Of a stretch of DNA of 35,035 nt, positions 9,118-19,387 are shown in pieces. Location of the stretch: positions 1 to 35,035 of the forward strand of contig JBGAIQ010000056.1 of assembly GCA_044225365.1 (NCBI GenBank), read 5' to 3'. Made by a program: the position numbers and the translations under genes. Every line of letters starts with the position of its first letter. The first letter of the stretch is position 1. The stretch comes from Planctomycetota bacterium. GTDB taxonomy: Bacteria > Planctomycetota > B15-G4 > JADJEK01. Below the pieces are notes generated by a model. It was not told the origin of the DNA and did not search any database. It saw only the letters and a program-made list of their open reading frames with translations.

Positions 9118-11360
9118 GCGACGGGCTCCAGGGTGACGGCCACGTTGTAGTCGGGCACGCCGCCTTCGCGGTCGATCACGTCGTGCGGGAGGAGATGGTT
9201 CACCTCCGGCCAATGCCCCTGCACCGTGCCTTCGGCGACGTCGAACAGGAACGCGCGTCCCGTGAACTCGCCGCGCTCGCTCACGAGCTTGATCCGCTGA
9301 TCGTGTGCGATGTGAAGGCGTGCCGCGTCCTTCGGCGAAACGAGCACGTGATCGCGCGCCGCACCGGTGAGCGGATCGACTTCGGCCTGCACCATCGAAT
9401 TGAACTGCTTGCCGCGGCGCGTCGCGAGATACAGGCGCGCCGGCTCGTTCTCGCCCTCGCACGGCACGAGGTGACGCGGCGGAGTGAGCGGAGCGAAGTG
9501 CGCCTTGCCGTCGCTCGTCTTGAACTTGCGACCCGCGCACAGATGCGGCCCGCCCCATTGGAACTGGTCGCCCTGCTTCTCGAGCTTCTCGATCCCGGCA
9601 TAGGACGGAACCGCAGAAGCGATGTCGCGACGGATCGCGGCGCCATCGTCGAAGTGGATCTTCGCGTACTCCTCCGGCCGCACCGCCTTGGCGAGCGCGA
9701 GCAGCATCTCCCATTCGCTTCGAGCTTCCCCCACGCGATGGCCATCGATCGTCGGCGAGAAGATGACGCGCCGCTCGGTCGAGGTCTCGGTCCCGCCGCC
9801 GTCCTGCTCGTAGCGCGTGCGCGAGGGGAACACGTAGACGACTCCATCGCTCGTGGCCGGTTCGACGCACATCTGCGACGTCATCACGATGTCGGTGTGG
9901 ACGCGCAGCGGGATCCGCGACAGCGCGCTCGCGACGCGATCGGGATCCGGCATCGTCTCGAGGAAGTTCCCGCCGATGCACCACAGCGCATCGATCCCGC
10001 CCGCCTCGGCCTGCGACAGCCACTGCGTCGTCGTGAGTCCCGGGCGTGTGGGGACGTCGAATCCCCATCGTGTGCTGAAGTCGCGTGCGGACGGTTCGTC
10101 GATCGGAACGCCGCCGGGGAACGCCGTCGCATAGGCTCCCATCTCCGCGCCACCCTGCACGCCGGAGTGCCCGCGGATCGGCATGAGCCCGCAGCCGTCG
10201 CGACCCACCCACTCCTTCAACAGGCCGAGGTTCACGATGCCGCGAACGGTGTCCGCGCCGTGCGCATGCTGCGTGATGCCCATCGACCACACGAGTACGC
10301 CCTTGCCCGCCCGCTCGATCTCGCTCACGAACGCATCGGCGTCCGCGCTGGTCACGCCGGCCTGCGCGAGCAAGGCTTCATCGTCCTGCGCGGCGAGGGT
10401 CGCAGCGAATGCGTCGAATCCGCTCGTCGCGGCTTCGATGAACTCGCGCGCGATGGCGCCGCGCGAGACGAGTCGCTTGCACACGACGTTCAGGAATGCG
10501 AGGTCGCCTCCGACCTTCACCAGGAAGAAGCGATCCGCGATGTTCGTGCCGAAGAGCGCGGAGTCGACGTTGCTCGGGATCCAGTAGCGATCCATGCCCG
10601 GTTCGCGCGCGGCGTTCACGACGAGGACGCGCGCCCCTCGCTCCTTCGCCTCGGCGAGGTACTTCATCGCGACCGGCTGATCGTTCGCGGGATTGCTGCC
10701 GAAGAACACGATGAGATCGGTCGCGAACCAATCGCGATACGAGCACGTCGTCGCGGCGACGCCGATCGTCGATTTCAGGCCGGCCGTGCTCGGCGAGTGA
10801 CAGAGCCTCGCACTGTTGTCGACGCTGTTGCTGCCGAGGTAACGCATCACCTTCTGCGCGACGTAGTACACCTCGTTCGTGATCCCGCGGCTCGTGACGT
10901 ACATCGCCGTCTTCTTGGGGTCCGCCTTCCTCCAGCGCGCGCCGATGTCGGCGAACGCTTCGTCGAACGAGACGCGCGTGAAGCCACGCTCGCCCTTCCT
11001 TCGTCGCAGCGGGAAGCCGATGCGACCCATCTCGCGCAGCTCGCGACTGGTCTTGCCGCGCAACATCGCGGCGTCGGAAGCGAGTTCCGGCGCGAAGGCC
11101 TGCGCAGTGTTGAGCTCGAGCAGGTTGAGGCGCACGAGACACAGGTGCGTCCCGTCGATGGTCCAGTCCTTGAGGCCCGACGTCCCGAGCGCGCAGCCGT
11201 CGCAAACTCCCCGCGTGAGGATCTTCCAGGCGTACGGCAGGTTCCTCCGATTGCGCCAGGCGATGCGGAACATCTCGCGGAAATGATGCGGTTTCACGTG
11301 CCCGAGGCCAAAGGGCACGAAGTCGTGGGATCGCGCGAAGAAACCCGAATTCGAAGACAT
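9114..11360 (-). CDS. FdhF/YdeP-family molybdopterin oxidoreductase
   Basis: CDGCALG, YVTSRG, NSARLCH (Cys Mo ligand), PIRGHSGVQG, C-terminal TRRGKQFNS and PDYN. Coupled to fdhD. No signal peptide. Confidence 0.9.
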   Translation of the reverse strand: MSSNSGFFARSHDFVPFGLGHVKPHHFREMFRIAWRNRRNLPYAWKILTRGVCDGCALGTSGLKDWTIDGTHLCLVRLNLLELNTAQAFAPELASDAAMLRGKTSRELREMGRIGFPLRRRKGERGFTRVSFDEAFADIGARWRKADPKKTAMYVTSRGITNEVYYVAQKVMRYLGSNSVDNSARLCHSPSTAGLKSTIGVAATTCSYRDWFATDLIVFFGSNPANDQPVAMKYLAEAKERGARVLVVNAAREPGMDRYWIPSNVDSALFGTNIADRFFLVKVGGDLAFLNVVCKRLVSRGAIAREFIEAATSGFDAFAATLAAQDDEALLAQAGVTSADADAFVSEIERAGKGVLVWSMGITQHAHGADTVRGIVNLGLLKEWVGRDGCGLMPIRGHSGVQGGAEMGAYATAFPGGVPIDEPSARDFSTRWGFDVPTRPGLTTTQWLSQAEAGGIDALWCIGGNFLETMPDPDRVASALSRIPLRVHTDIVMTSQMCVEPATSDGVVYVFPSRTRYEQDGGGTETSTERRVIFSPTIDGHRVGEARSEWEMLLALAKAVRPEEYAKIHFDDGAAIRRDIASAVPSYAGIEKLEKQGDQFQWGGPHLCAGRKFKTSDGKAHFAPLTPPRHLVPCEGENEPARLYLATRRGKQFNSMVQAEVDPLTGAARDHVLVSPKDAARLHIAHDQRIKLVSERGEFTGRAFLFDVAEGTVQGHWPEVNHLLPHDVIDREGGVPDYNVAVTLEPVA

Positions 11361-11366
11361 GGCGAG

Positions 11367-11372
11367 AGACTA
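11367..11372 (-). promoter_or_regulatory. -10 element of a probable leaderless transcript
   Basis: Minus strand reads TAGTCT-CTCGCC-ATG(11360), with no SD sequence. Confidence 0.45.
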
Positions 11373-11492
11373 TCGCAGAACCCTGCGATTCGATACGCGG
11401 TTGCTCTCGGCCGTGAATACGCTTGAGAGGCTTGGCGCATCACGTATCTTCGAGCCCCCAATCGACAGGCTCGACGAACTCGAAGCAGGCCC

Positions 11493-12236
<744 letters not shown>

Positions 12237-12330
12237 GTCGCGCCCGGGCCGAGGGGAGATGGAGCACGGCCATGCGCCGTCTCGCTGGTATCCTCGATGG
12301 TGGCCCCGCGCACTTTCGAGGAGGTCCGTC

Positions 12331-13815
12331 ATGGTTCGGATTGGAAGCCGTATCGCTTCGCCCTGGATTCGCGTGCTCTGTATCGGAACCGCGTGTTGTG
12401 GAACGACCGCCCTCGCGCAGACCTATCAGCTCCGCGACCTCGATCCTACGAACCAGCTCGCGTCGGGCTTCTGCTCGCGCACCACGATCTCGGGGGTGAC
12501 GATCGGGGGCGGCGCGCCGTATGGGGCGCCATACTCGATGGCGGTGTACTACGACGCTTCGGGCTCGCACGTCCTGCCCGTACTTGCGGGCGACGAGGCG
12601 GGGTTCGGCGCGGACATCAACTCGAGCCTCACGATGGTCGGCAGTTCGACCGATGTCGTCGTCCTCCACCACTTGATCAAGTTCACCGATCACCCCGCGA
12701 TGTGGCAGAACGGGCAGGTGACCGACATCCGGTCGCTCGTGGTGAGCGGGCCGAGTCTCGATCTCATCGATGCCGTCGGCATCAACGACGCCGGCACGAT
12801 CGTCGGTCTCGCGCGCGATCCCGCGACCCAGATCGGGCGGGCCTATCGACTCGAGAACGGCGTGCTGACGGATCTCGGATTCCTCGCGGCGACGCCATCG
12901 CAGGGCTCCACGCCCACTGCGATCGGCATGGATGGAAGCGTCGTCGGTTCGTCGACGGCGAACGGCGGGTTCCATCACGCCGTGCTGTGGCAGAACGGGC
13001 AGATCGTCGACCTGCACGCGCAGGCGCAGATTCCGGGCCGCGTCAGCGAGGCGTTCGACATCAATCGTTTCGGCGTGATCGTCGGCGGCGCGGACTACGT
13101 CGCGGACTTCCAGGACTTCGAGGTCGCGACGGTCTGGGTGAATGGCGTCGCGACGAATCTCGGGACGCTCGGCGGGCCGGGCGCGCCGCCCGTCGTCGAG
13201 TCGTTCGCCCGCGCGATCAACGATCTCGGAGTGATCGTCGGCACCTCGGTGACGCTGAACTACGAAGTCCACGCCTGCATCTGGCGAAACGGCAGCATCG
13301 CGGATCTCAACACGCTGATTCCACCCGGGTCCGGATGGCTCCTCGCGAATGCCTATGACATCGACAACGACGGACGGATCGTCGGTGAGGGTTTCTTCAA
13401 CGGGACGATTCGTCCGTTCGCCCTGAAGCCGGTCTGCAACGGCAAGTTCGAGGTGTACGGAATCGGCTGCGCGGGCGCGACCGAGACGCCCGCGCTCCGA
13501 GGCTACGGTTGCCCGACGCCGAACGAACCCTTCGCGATCGAGATCACGCACGGCGGTGCGAACGCCCAAGGTCTCCTCTTCCTAGGCGGTGGCGCCGGCG
13601 TCGCTCCGATCGTCCCGACGTGCGCCGTGCAGATCCTCCCGCTCCTGCCCCTCACGATCCCGGTCGTGCTCGATCCCGCGGGCGGGCTCTTCTTCGTGAC
13701 CGAGTTGCCCGCGGGCACTCCGTCGTTCGACGTCTGGTTGCAGTCGTTCCTCGCCGACGGCTCGGTGCTTTCCGGGATCCGGGGCACGCAGCCGCTGAAG
13801 CTCCATTTTCAGTGA
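12331..13815 (+). CDS. Secreted HAF-repeat beta-propeller protein with the shared C-terminal domain
   Basis: Start ATG 12331 after GAGGAGG. Signal peptide ends TALA|QT. Repeats such as HHAVLWQNGQIVDL, GINDAGTIVG and NLGTLGG. C-terminal domain at 13435-13815. Confidence 0.85.
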   Translation: MVRIGSRIASPWIRVLCIGTACCGTTALAQTYQLRDLDPTNQLASGFCSRTTISGVTIGGGAPYGAPYSMAVYYDASGSHVLPVLAGDEAGFGADINSSLTMVGSSTDVVVLHHLIKFTDHPAMWQNGQVTDIRSLVVSGPSLDLIDAVGINDAGTIVGLARDPATQIGRAYRLENGVLTDLGFLAATPSQGSTPTAIGMDGSVVGSSTANGGFHHAVLWQNGQIVDLHAQAQIPGRVSEAFDINRFGVIVGGADYVADFQDFEVATVWVNGVATNLGTLGGPGAPPVVESFARAINDLGVIVGTSVTLNYEVHACIWRNGSIADLNTLIPPGSGWLLANAYDIDNDGRIVGEGFFNGTIRPFALKPVCNGKFEVYGIGCAGATETPALRGYGCPTPNEPFAIEITHGGANAQGLLFLGGGAGVAPIVPTCAVQILPLLPLTIPVVLDPAGGLFFVTELPAGTPSFDVWLQSFLADGSVLSGIRGTQPLKLHFQ

Positions 13816-13943
13816 CGCGAGCGTTACGAACGCCCTATCCGACGCGACCGATGATCGGCGAATCGCAAGGGTTGCGATGAACGGAGTGGTACGCCCGTAG
13901 CCGAGCGTACGGCGAAATCAGGAAGAGCGCGTCCACGCGCTCC

Positions 13944-13949
13944 TACGCT
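13944..13949 (+). promoter_or_regulatory. -10 element of a probable leaderless transcript
   Basis: TACGCT-GTTCCC-ATG(13956), with no SD sequence. Confidence 0.45.
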
Positions 13950-13955
13950 GTTCCC

Positions 13956-16900
13956 ATGCTCGACGCGATCCTCCTCACGTTGGCGCTCGTCGCATCGAAC
14001 GCCGATCCCGCGCAATTCCACGACAAGGCTGTCCGCGATCTCATCGCGTTCGACGAGCCAGGCTTCCCGGTCCACGAGGCCGGCATGGCGTCGCCGATCC
14101 CACAGCCGTTGGTAGCGACGAAGGACCGCATCGCGGCGATCCCCGAGGGCGCCAAGATCGCGACGTCGGGAACCGAGTTGAACGACTTGCTCGCGAGGTC
14201 TTCGCACTCGGTGCTGATCTGGCGCCACGGCTCGACGTTCCCCGCCGAATCGTGGACCGCGATCCTCGGATTCCTCGAGCGCGGGGGCTCTTTGCTCTCC
14301 CTCTGCGGCGAGCCCTTCACCCGACCCGTGACGGGCTCCCCCGGAGCGCGCCACATCGGTGAACGCACGCTCGCGCCGTCCCATCAGCTCGGTCTCCTGC
14401 ATCCGCGGCTCGAGAGCGCCGGCGGGTTGACTTGCCTCTACGAGAAGGGCCGCGACCCGGAGCGGGTCCTCGCCCCAAACGATCAGGCGGTCGCGGTCGC
14501 GGTGTTCGAGCCGCGCTTCTCGAACTCGCAGAACGTTCCGAACGAAGAGGGTTCGCCCGGTCCGCGCGAAGCGTCGCTCCAGCGACTCGCGTTGCTGACC
14601 CACGGAGGCCTCCGCGATGGCGGGCCGCCTCTCTACGCGGGCGCCGTGGCGATCGATCGACTTCGTGGGCGGTTCGCGGGCGGACGTTGGGTGTTCCGTC
14701 TCCTCACGAGCGTTCCGACGCAGGATGAGACGACGCGTCTCGTCCGCGAGGCGTTGCGCGAGCCCGCCGAGATCGCCGTGACTCCGACGCTCGCCTGTTA
14801 TCACGAAGGCGAGGATCCCACGCTGCGACTCGTCCCCGTCGCGCCGTCCCGCGCGGCGCAATGGACGGTGCATCTCACGCTGATGGGCCCTGACGGCGGC
14901 GAACTCACGCAACTCGATGCAATGATCGAGACGACGCACGGCGAGTCGTTCGTGCAACTGCCCGCATGCAAGTCGAAGGGCTTGTATCGGGTGCGAGTCG
15001 AGTGCGACGCGATCGCGCCGTTCGAGACGGGATTCGAGGTCTTCGACCCCGATCTGCTGCGAACGCCGTCCGCCGTCGAGTTCCGAGGCGATCAGCTCTA
15101 TCGCGACGGCAAGCTCGTGCCGCTCATCGGCACGACTTCGATGTCGCCCGACGTGCATCGCGAGTTCCTGTTCGAGCCCAACCCGGTGCTGTGGAATCAG
15201 CGATTCGCGACTTTTGCGGCGATGAAGTTCAACGTCGTTCGCACGGGACTGTGGAGCGGTTGGAAGCGCGCGGCTCCCGCGGAGGGCGAAGCCACCGAAG
15301 CGTTCTTGCGATCCATCGAAGCCTACGCGCTCGCGGCAAGGCGACACGGCATCCTCGTCGTCTTCAACTGTTTCGCCTTCCTGCCCGAGACCTGGGGCGG
15401 TTCCCATCCCTATCTCGATTCGAAAGCGGTCGCCGCCCAGCTGCGATTCGTGAAAGCGATCGCGAGCCGCGTCGCGACCGACCGCGAGTGGTTGTTCGAC
15501 CTCGTCAACGAGCCCTCGTTCGCGCCGCCCGCGCAGATGTGGAGCTGCAGGCCGACGTACGGCGAGATCGAGGAGAGCGCATTCCTTTCCTGGTTGAAGC
15601 AACGCTACGGCGGAGATTCGTTCGAAGCCGTCGTGCGCGAGCGCTGGCACCTCGCCCCCGACGAGAAGATCGGCCTGCCGACTCCCGCCGACTTCGAGAG
15701 CCCGCAGGTCTTCGCGGATCGGCGACCGCAGCGCGCGAGCGACTTCCTCCACTTCGCGCAGGATGCGTTCGCGAGTTGGGCGAAGTCGATGAGCGCCGCG
15801 ATCCGCTCGGTCGCTCCCGATGCTTTGATCACGGTCGGGCAGGACGAAGGCGGCGTGCTCGAGCGTCCATCGCCCCTCGTCCACGCTCCGGTCGTCGATT
15901 TCACTTCGATGCACTCGTGGTGGTGGAACGATGCGCTGCTGCTCGACAGCCTCGCGGCGAAGGCGCCGGGCAAGCCTCTTCTCGTGTCCGAGACCGGTCT
16001 CCAGCCGCGTGAAGTGTTCACCGGGGAGAGCCAGCGCGATCCCTATGCCGGCGGCCTCCTGCTCTCGCGCAAGCTCGCCTCCGCCTTCGCGGGCCGCGCC
16101 TGCGGTGTCATTCAATGGTGCTACGACGCGAATCCGTACATGAACTCGGATGCCGAAGCCCTGATCGGCCTCGTGCGCGCCGATGGAAGCGCGTCGTGGG
16201 AGCTCGCCGCGATGCGCGGCTTCTCCGAATTCCTCGCGCGCAACGCCGCGCGACTCGAATACGCGGGACGGCCCGACGTCGCGTTCGTGCTGCCGCAGTC
16301 CGATCTCACGGGCCCGCGTCCGATGCCGATCGCGAGCATCGCGCATTGCCTCGAACGATTGACCTACGGTCTCGGGCTCACCGTCCAGGTCTACTCCGAA
16401 TGGAACCTACGCGGCCTCTCCGATCACGACGTGATCGTGATCCCCGCGGCGCGCGGCTACGACCAGTGCGTCTTCGACGAAGTGGAAATCGCGCTGCATC
16501 GCGGCGCGACGGTCCTGATGTCGGGATGGCCGTACGCACGCGACCGCTTCGCTCATCACGGCGTGCCGATGAGCGGGCCGCAACGACTCGCGCGACGCCA
16601 AACCACCACGATCGGCGACACGACGCTCGACGTCGAATTCCCTCTCGCGATCCAAGAGTCGGCGGCGGCATCGAGCTTCGCGTCCGGGATGGCGAGCTTC
16701 CCGGTCGACAAGGGCCGCGTCATCGCGTCGGCGTTGCCTCTCGAATGGTCGCTCGATCCCAATGTCGTCGAGACCTTCTATCGTGCGGCGCTGAAGGACC
16801 GAATGCAGTCCGCGCTCTCGAAGCCTGCCTCGCGCATCTTCATGACTCGGATCCCCCTGAAGGACGGAACCCTCGTCGTCGCGATCAACGAGACGGATCG

Positions 16901-17024
16901 GGGCGAGGAGTTGGAGTTCGCGCCCGCGAATGCGAGTCGCGAGAAGATCTACCTCGACGCCGGGCAGGGCAAGTTGATCCTGCTCGACGCGAGCGGCCAG
17001 TGGATCGACACGACGCAATGGTGA
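13956..17024 (+). CDS. Secreted multidomain clan GH-A glycoside hydrolase (GH5/GH42-like)
   Basis: Signal peptide. KFNVVRTG, acid/base motif FDLVNEP, nucleophile motif LLVSETG, QWCY. Extra N- and C-terminal domains. Confidence 0.75.
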   Translation: MLDAILLTLALVASNADPAQFHDKAVRDLIAFDEPGFPVHEAGMASPIPQPLVATKDRIAAIPEGAKIATSGTELNDLLARSSHSVLIWRHGSTFPAESWTAILGFLERGGSLLSLCGEPFTRPVTGSPGARHIGERTLAPSHQLGLLHPRLESAGGLTCLYEKGRDPERVLAPNDQAVAVAVFEPRFSNSQNVPNEEGSPGPREASLQRLALLTHGGLRDGGPPLYAGAVAIDRLRGRFAGGRWVFRLLTSVPTQDETTRLVREALREPAEIAVTPTLACYHEGEDPTLRLVPVAPSRAAQWTVHLTLMGPDGGELTQLDAMIETTHGESFVQLPACKSKGLYRVRVECDAIAPFETGFEVFDPDLLRTPSAVEFRGDQLYRDGKLVPLIGTTSMSPDVHREFLFEPNPVLWNQRFATFAAMKFNVVRTGLWSGWKRAAPAEGEATEAFLRSIEAYALAARRHGILVVFNCFAFLPETWGGSHPYLDSKAVAAQLRFVKAIASRVATDREWLFDLVNEPSFAPPAQMWSCRPTYGEIEESAFLSWLKQRYGGDSFEAVVRERWHLAPDEKIGLPTPADFESPQVFADRRPQRASDFLHFAQDAFASWAKSMSAAIRSVAPDALITVGQDEGGVLERPSPLVHAPVVDFTSMHSWWWNDALLLDSLAAKAPGKPLLVSETGLQPREVFTGESQRDPYAGGLLLSRKLASAFAGRACGVIQWCYDANPYMNSDAEALIGLVRADGSASWELAAMRGFSEFLARNAARLEYAGRPDVAFVLPQSDLTGPRPMPIASIAHCLERLTYGLGLTVQVYSEWNLRGLSDHDVIVIPAARGYDQCVFDEVEIALHRGATVLMSGWPYARDRFAHHGVPMSGPQRLARRQTTTIGDTTLDVEFPLAIQESAAASSFASGMASFPVDKGRVIASALPLEWSLDPNVVETFYRAALKDRMQSALSKPASRIFMTRIPLKDGTLVVAINETDRGEELEFAPANASREKIYLDAGQGKLILLDASGQWIDTTQW

Positions 17025-17758
17025 ACGCCGAACTCGAGTCGCCCGTCGCGGACGCCCGCGAACTGCTCGCGCGCAGCGAGTTGGCGCATGTTGCGACTCG
17101 CGGGGACGTCGCTCTGCCCGCGATCGCGATCGTCGCGATCGCGGTCGGCCTCTTCCTCGACCGCACGTTCGGATATCCGGGACATCTCCTCGCCGACGGT
17201 TTCGTGCTGCTCTGCTGGTTCGCGGCGCGGCGCATCGCGACGCGCGTGGAGCGCGTCGAACAAATCCTGTGCGTCGTGCTCGCGACCCTCGGTGAGCTCT
17301 TCCTCTGCTTCGGCTGGGGCCTCTACGAGTATCGGTTCCACAACATCCCGTTGTTCGTGCCGCTCGGGCATTCGCTGATCTTCCTCGCCGGACTGCGACT
17401 CGCGCGACGCGCGCCGCCGCGCATCGCGCAGCTCATCGTCCCCATCGCGCTTGCCGCAGTGATCTTGCTCGCCTTGCGCGGCGACGATCGGCTCGGGTTG
17501 CTCTTGTTCCCGCTCTTCGCGCTCTGCCTTCTCGTGAAGCGACAGCGCCGGCTCTACGCCGTGATGTTCCTCGTGTCGTACCTCGTGGAGATCGCAGGCA
17601 CGCGCGCGCAGGCGTGGCGCTGGATCGCCGTCGATCCCGTCTTCGGGCTCACGCTGACGAATCCGCCGGTCTGCGCGGGGACGTTCTACTGCGTGCTGGA
17701 TCTGCTCGTGCTCATCGCGCAGCGGATCTGGAGCGGCCCATCGTCGCTTCGTTCGTGA
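17018..17758 (+). CDS. Integral membrane protein of unknown function
   Basis: Start ATG 17018 (or GTG 17021) overlaps the glycosidase stop. About 7-8 hydrophobic segments. Motifs GELFLCFGWGLYEYRFHNIPLFVPLGH and EIAGTRAQAWRW...NPP. Confidence 0.8.
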   Translation: MVNAELESPVADARELLARSELAHVATRGDVALPAIAIVAIAVGLFLDRTFGYPGHLLADGFVLLCWFAARRIATRVERVEQILCVVLATLGELFLCFGWGLYEYRFHNIPLFVPLGHSLIFLAGLRLARRAPPRIAQLIVPIALAAVILLALRGDDRLGLLLFPLFALCLLVKRQRRLYAVMFLVSYLVEIAGTRAQAWRWIAVDPVFGLTLTNPPVCAGTFYCVLDLLVLIAQRIWSGPSSLRS

Positions 17759-17762
17759 CCGG

Positions 17763-19208
17763 TCACGGAACCTTCTGGATGAAGTACTCCATGATCGATG
17801 CGCGCAGATCGTTGGGAGCCTGCTGACTCGGGATCTGCAGTTCGCCGACCGGGATGCCGTTGATCGGACCGCCGGGATTCGTGTAGCGCAGGATCTTCGG
17901 ATTTCCGGCCGTGATCACGGTGCTGCTCTGGAAGGTCACGAGCACGCGGTCACCCGCCTTCGCGATCCCGTTCTGCGCCGTGAGATCGAACTGCACGGTG
18001 TTCGCGCCGGCCTGGAACCCAGCCGTGTTGCCGAGGCCCCACCCGCCGTTCATCACCGCGAAGGTGAACCCGAGACCGGGCGAGATCGCGTCGACATGCA
18101 GTCCGAACGTCGTATTGCCGTCGCCCTTCAGCACGGGGAACGGGCCGATCCACGACTCGGCGAAGCCACCTTGACCGTCGGGGTACGCGCAGTGGAGCGA
18201 CACCGCGAGCGTGCCTTCGAAATCGGCCCACGGCAGCGGCGCGAAGTGACGCCGACAGAACGCGAGGTAGACCGGGTCGTCGACGCCGACGCCATCGAGA
18301 GCCCCCGTCGTCGCCGCGACCGCGCCGATGTCGCCGCCGACCGAGGGCGGAAGGTTCTGGATGTCGATGCGGGACGTGCCATCGGGCGCCTTGCGCAAGA
18401 GGCCCATCTGGAAGCCGACGGGTCCGCTGCGCTGGATCGGGAACGCCGAGACGATCGTCGCTCCATCCTGTGCGTTGATCGTGGTGTCGGAGAGCACGAG
18501 CGTCGCGATCGCGATCTGGACGAGCGGCGGCTTGTACACGAACACGCCGTCCTGCCCGCCCGCTTGATGTTTGAGGGCGACGATCTCTTCCTTGCCGTCC
18601 GAATCGTAGTCGAGCGAGAACAGCGCGTAGTTGTCCTCGGTCGCCGTGGCAAACGCCCAATCCGACGAGATCGCCTGCCCAAGGCCCTTGTTCAGACCCT
18701 TCGGCATCTTGAAGATCTCGAGCCGCTCTTGCGTCGCACCCGATCCGCGAACGACGGCGATCTCGTCCTTCTTGTCGCCATCGAGATCGATCGCCCCGAT
18801 CGCCTTCAACGGCAGGCTTCCGCCCATCGCGAGCGCACCCTTCTTGTAGGAGAAGAGCGGTTGGCCGAGGTCACCGTTCAGTATCGTCGGCGCCTTGTAG
18901 ACCTTGAGATCGACCGGGCGATTCGCCTCGGTCGCGTACTCGGTCACCACCACGATCTCGTCGATTCCGTCGCCCGTCGCATCCGCCCCGAACACGTAGC
19001 GGACGATCTTCTTCCCCGTGCTCTTGCCGATCTTGATGTCCCCGGCCGACTGCGTCCCGATCACTCCAAGCCCGCCGTTGGCCTGGGAATAGATTTCGAG
19101 GCCGACCGGAACGCCCTTGCCGAGGGGGTCGAGTCGCAGGAGCCCGTACTCGTCGATCTGACCGAGGAGCGAACAGGCGATCGTCGTGGCTGCGAGAGTG
19201 AGGAACAC
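17763..19208 (-). CDS. Secreted protein with divergent FG-GAP-like Ca-binding repeats and an unknown C-terminal beta-rich domain
   Basis: GTG 19208 after GGAG. Signal peptide MFLTLAATTIACSLLG|Q. Repeats DATGDGIDEIVV, DLDGDKKDEIAV and DYDSDGKEEIVA. Confidence 0.75.
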   Translation of the reverse strand: MFLTLAATTIACSLLGQIDEYGLLRLDPLGKGVPVGLEIYSQANGGLGVIGTQSAGDIKIGKSTGKKIVRYVFGADATGDGIDEIVVVTEYATEANRPVDLKVYKAPTILNGDLGQPLFSYKKGALAMGGSLPLKAIGAIDLDGDKKDEIAVVRGSGATQERLEIFKMPKGLNKGLGQAISSDWAFATATEDNYALFSLDYDSDGKEEIVALKHQAGGQDGVFVYKPPLVQIAIATLVLSDTTINAQDGATIVSAFPIQRSGPVGFQMGLLRKAPDGTSRIDIQNLPPSVGGDIGAVAATTGALDGVGVDDPVYLAFCRRHFAPLPWADFEGTLAVSLHCAYPDGQGGFAESWIGPFPVLKGDGNTTFGLHVDAISPGLGFTFAVMNGGWGLGNTAGFQAGANTVQFDLTAQNGIAKAGDRVLVTFQSSTVITAGNPKILRYTNPGGPINGIPVGELQIPSQQAPNDLRASIMEYFIQKVP

Positions 19209-19387
19209 GGGGTCGACTCCAGGTGCACACGAATCGGAGGCGGAGGATTTCGCAACGATCTCGAAATCCAGCATATCGCGTTCCGCCGCGCGCGGCCGCC
19301 GTTTGCCGCCGTTTGGAATTGGCGCATTGTAGCCCGTGGCCGAGCCGGGGTGACAACGCGGCCGGGCACGGACGCTCGACCACCAAG

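Noticed and set aside
9114-11360. Selenocysteine or recoding in the formate-dehydrogenase-like gene
   Set aside because: The ORF is uninterrupted and the Mo-ligand position is Cys (ARLCH).
11451-11462. 12-mer CGAGCCCCCAAT found upstream of both terC and the helicase
   Set aside because: Different distances from the start codons, and a 12-nt match is plausible by chance in GC-rich DNA.
11440-11492. yybP-ykoY manganese riboswitch upstream of terC
   Set aside because: Only a simple hairpin (TCGAGCC...GGCTCGA) in a short leader. No recognisable riboswitch core.
17754-17767. Palindromes at convergent gene junctions (also 8291-8298 and 34355-34368)
   Set aside because: Largely produced by facing TGA/TCA stop codons. 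No U-tracts, so not called as terminators.
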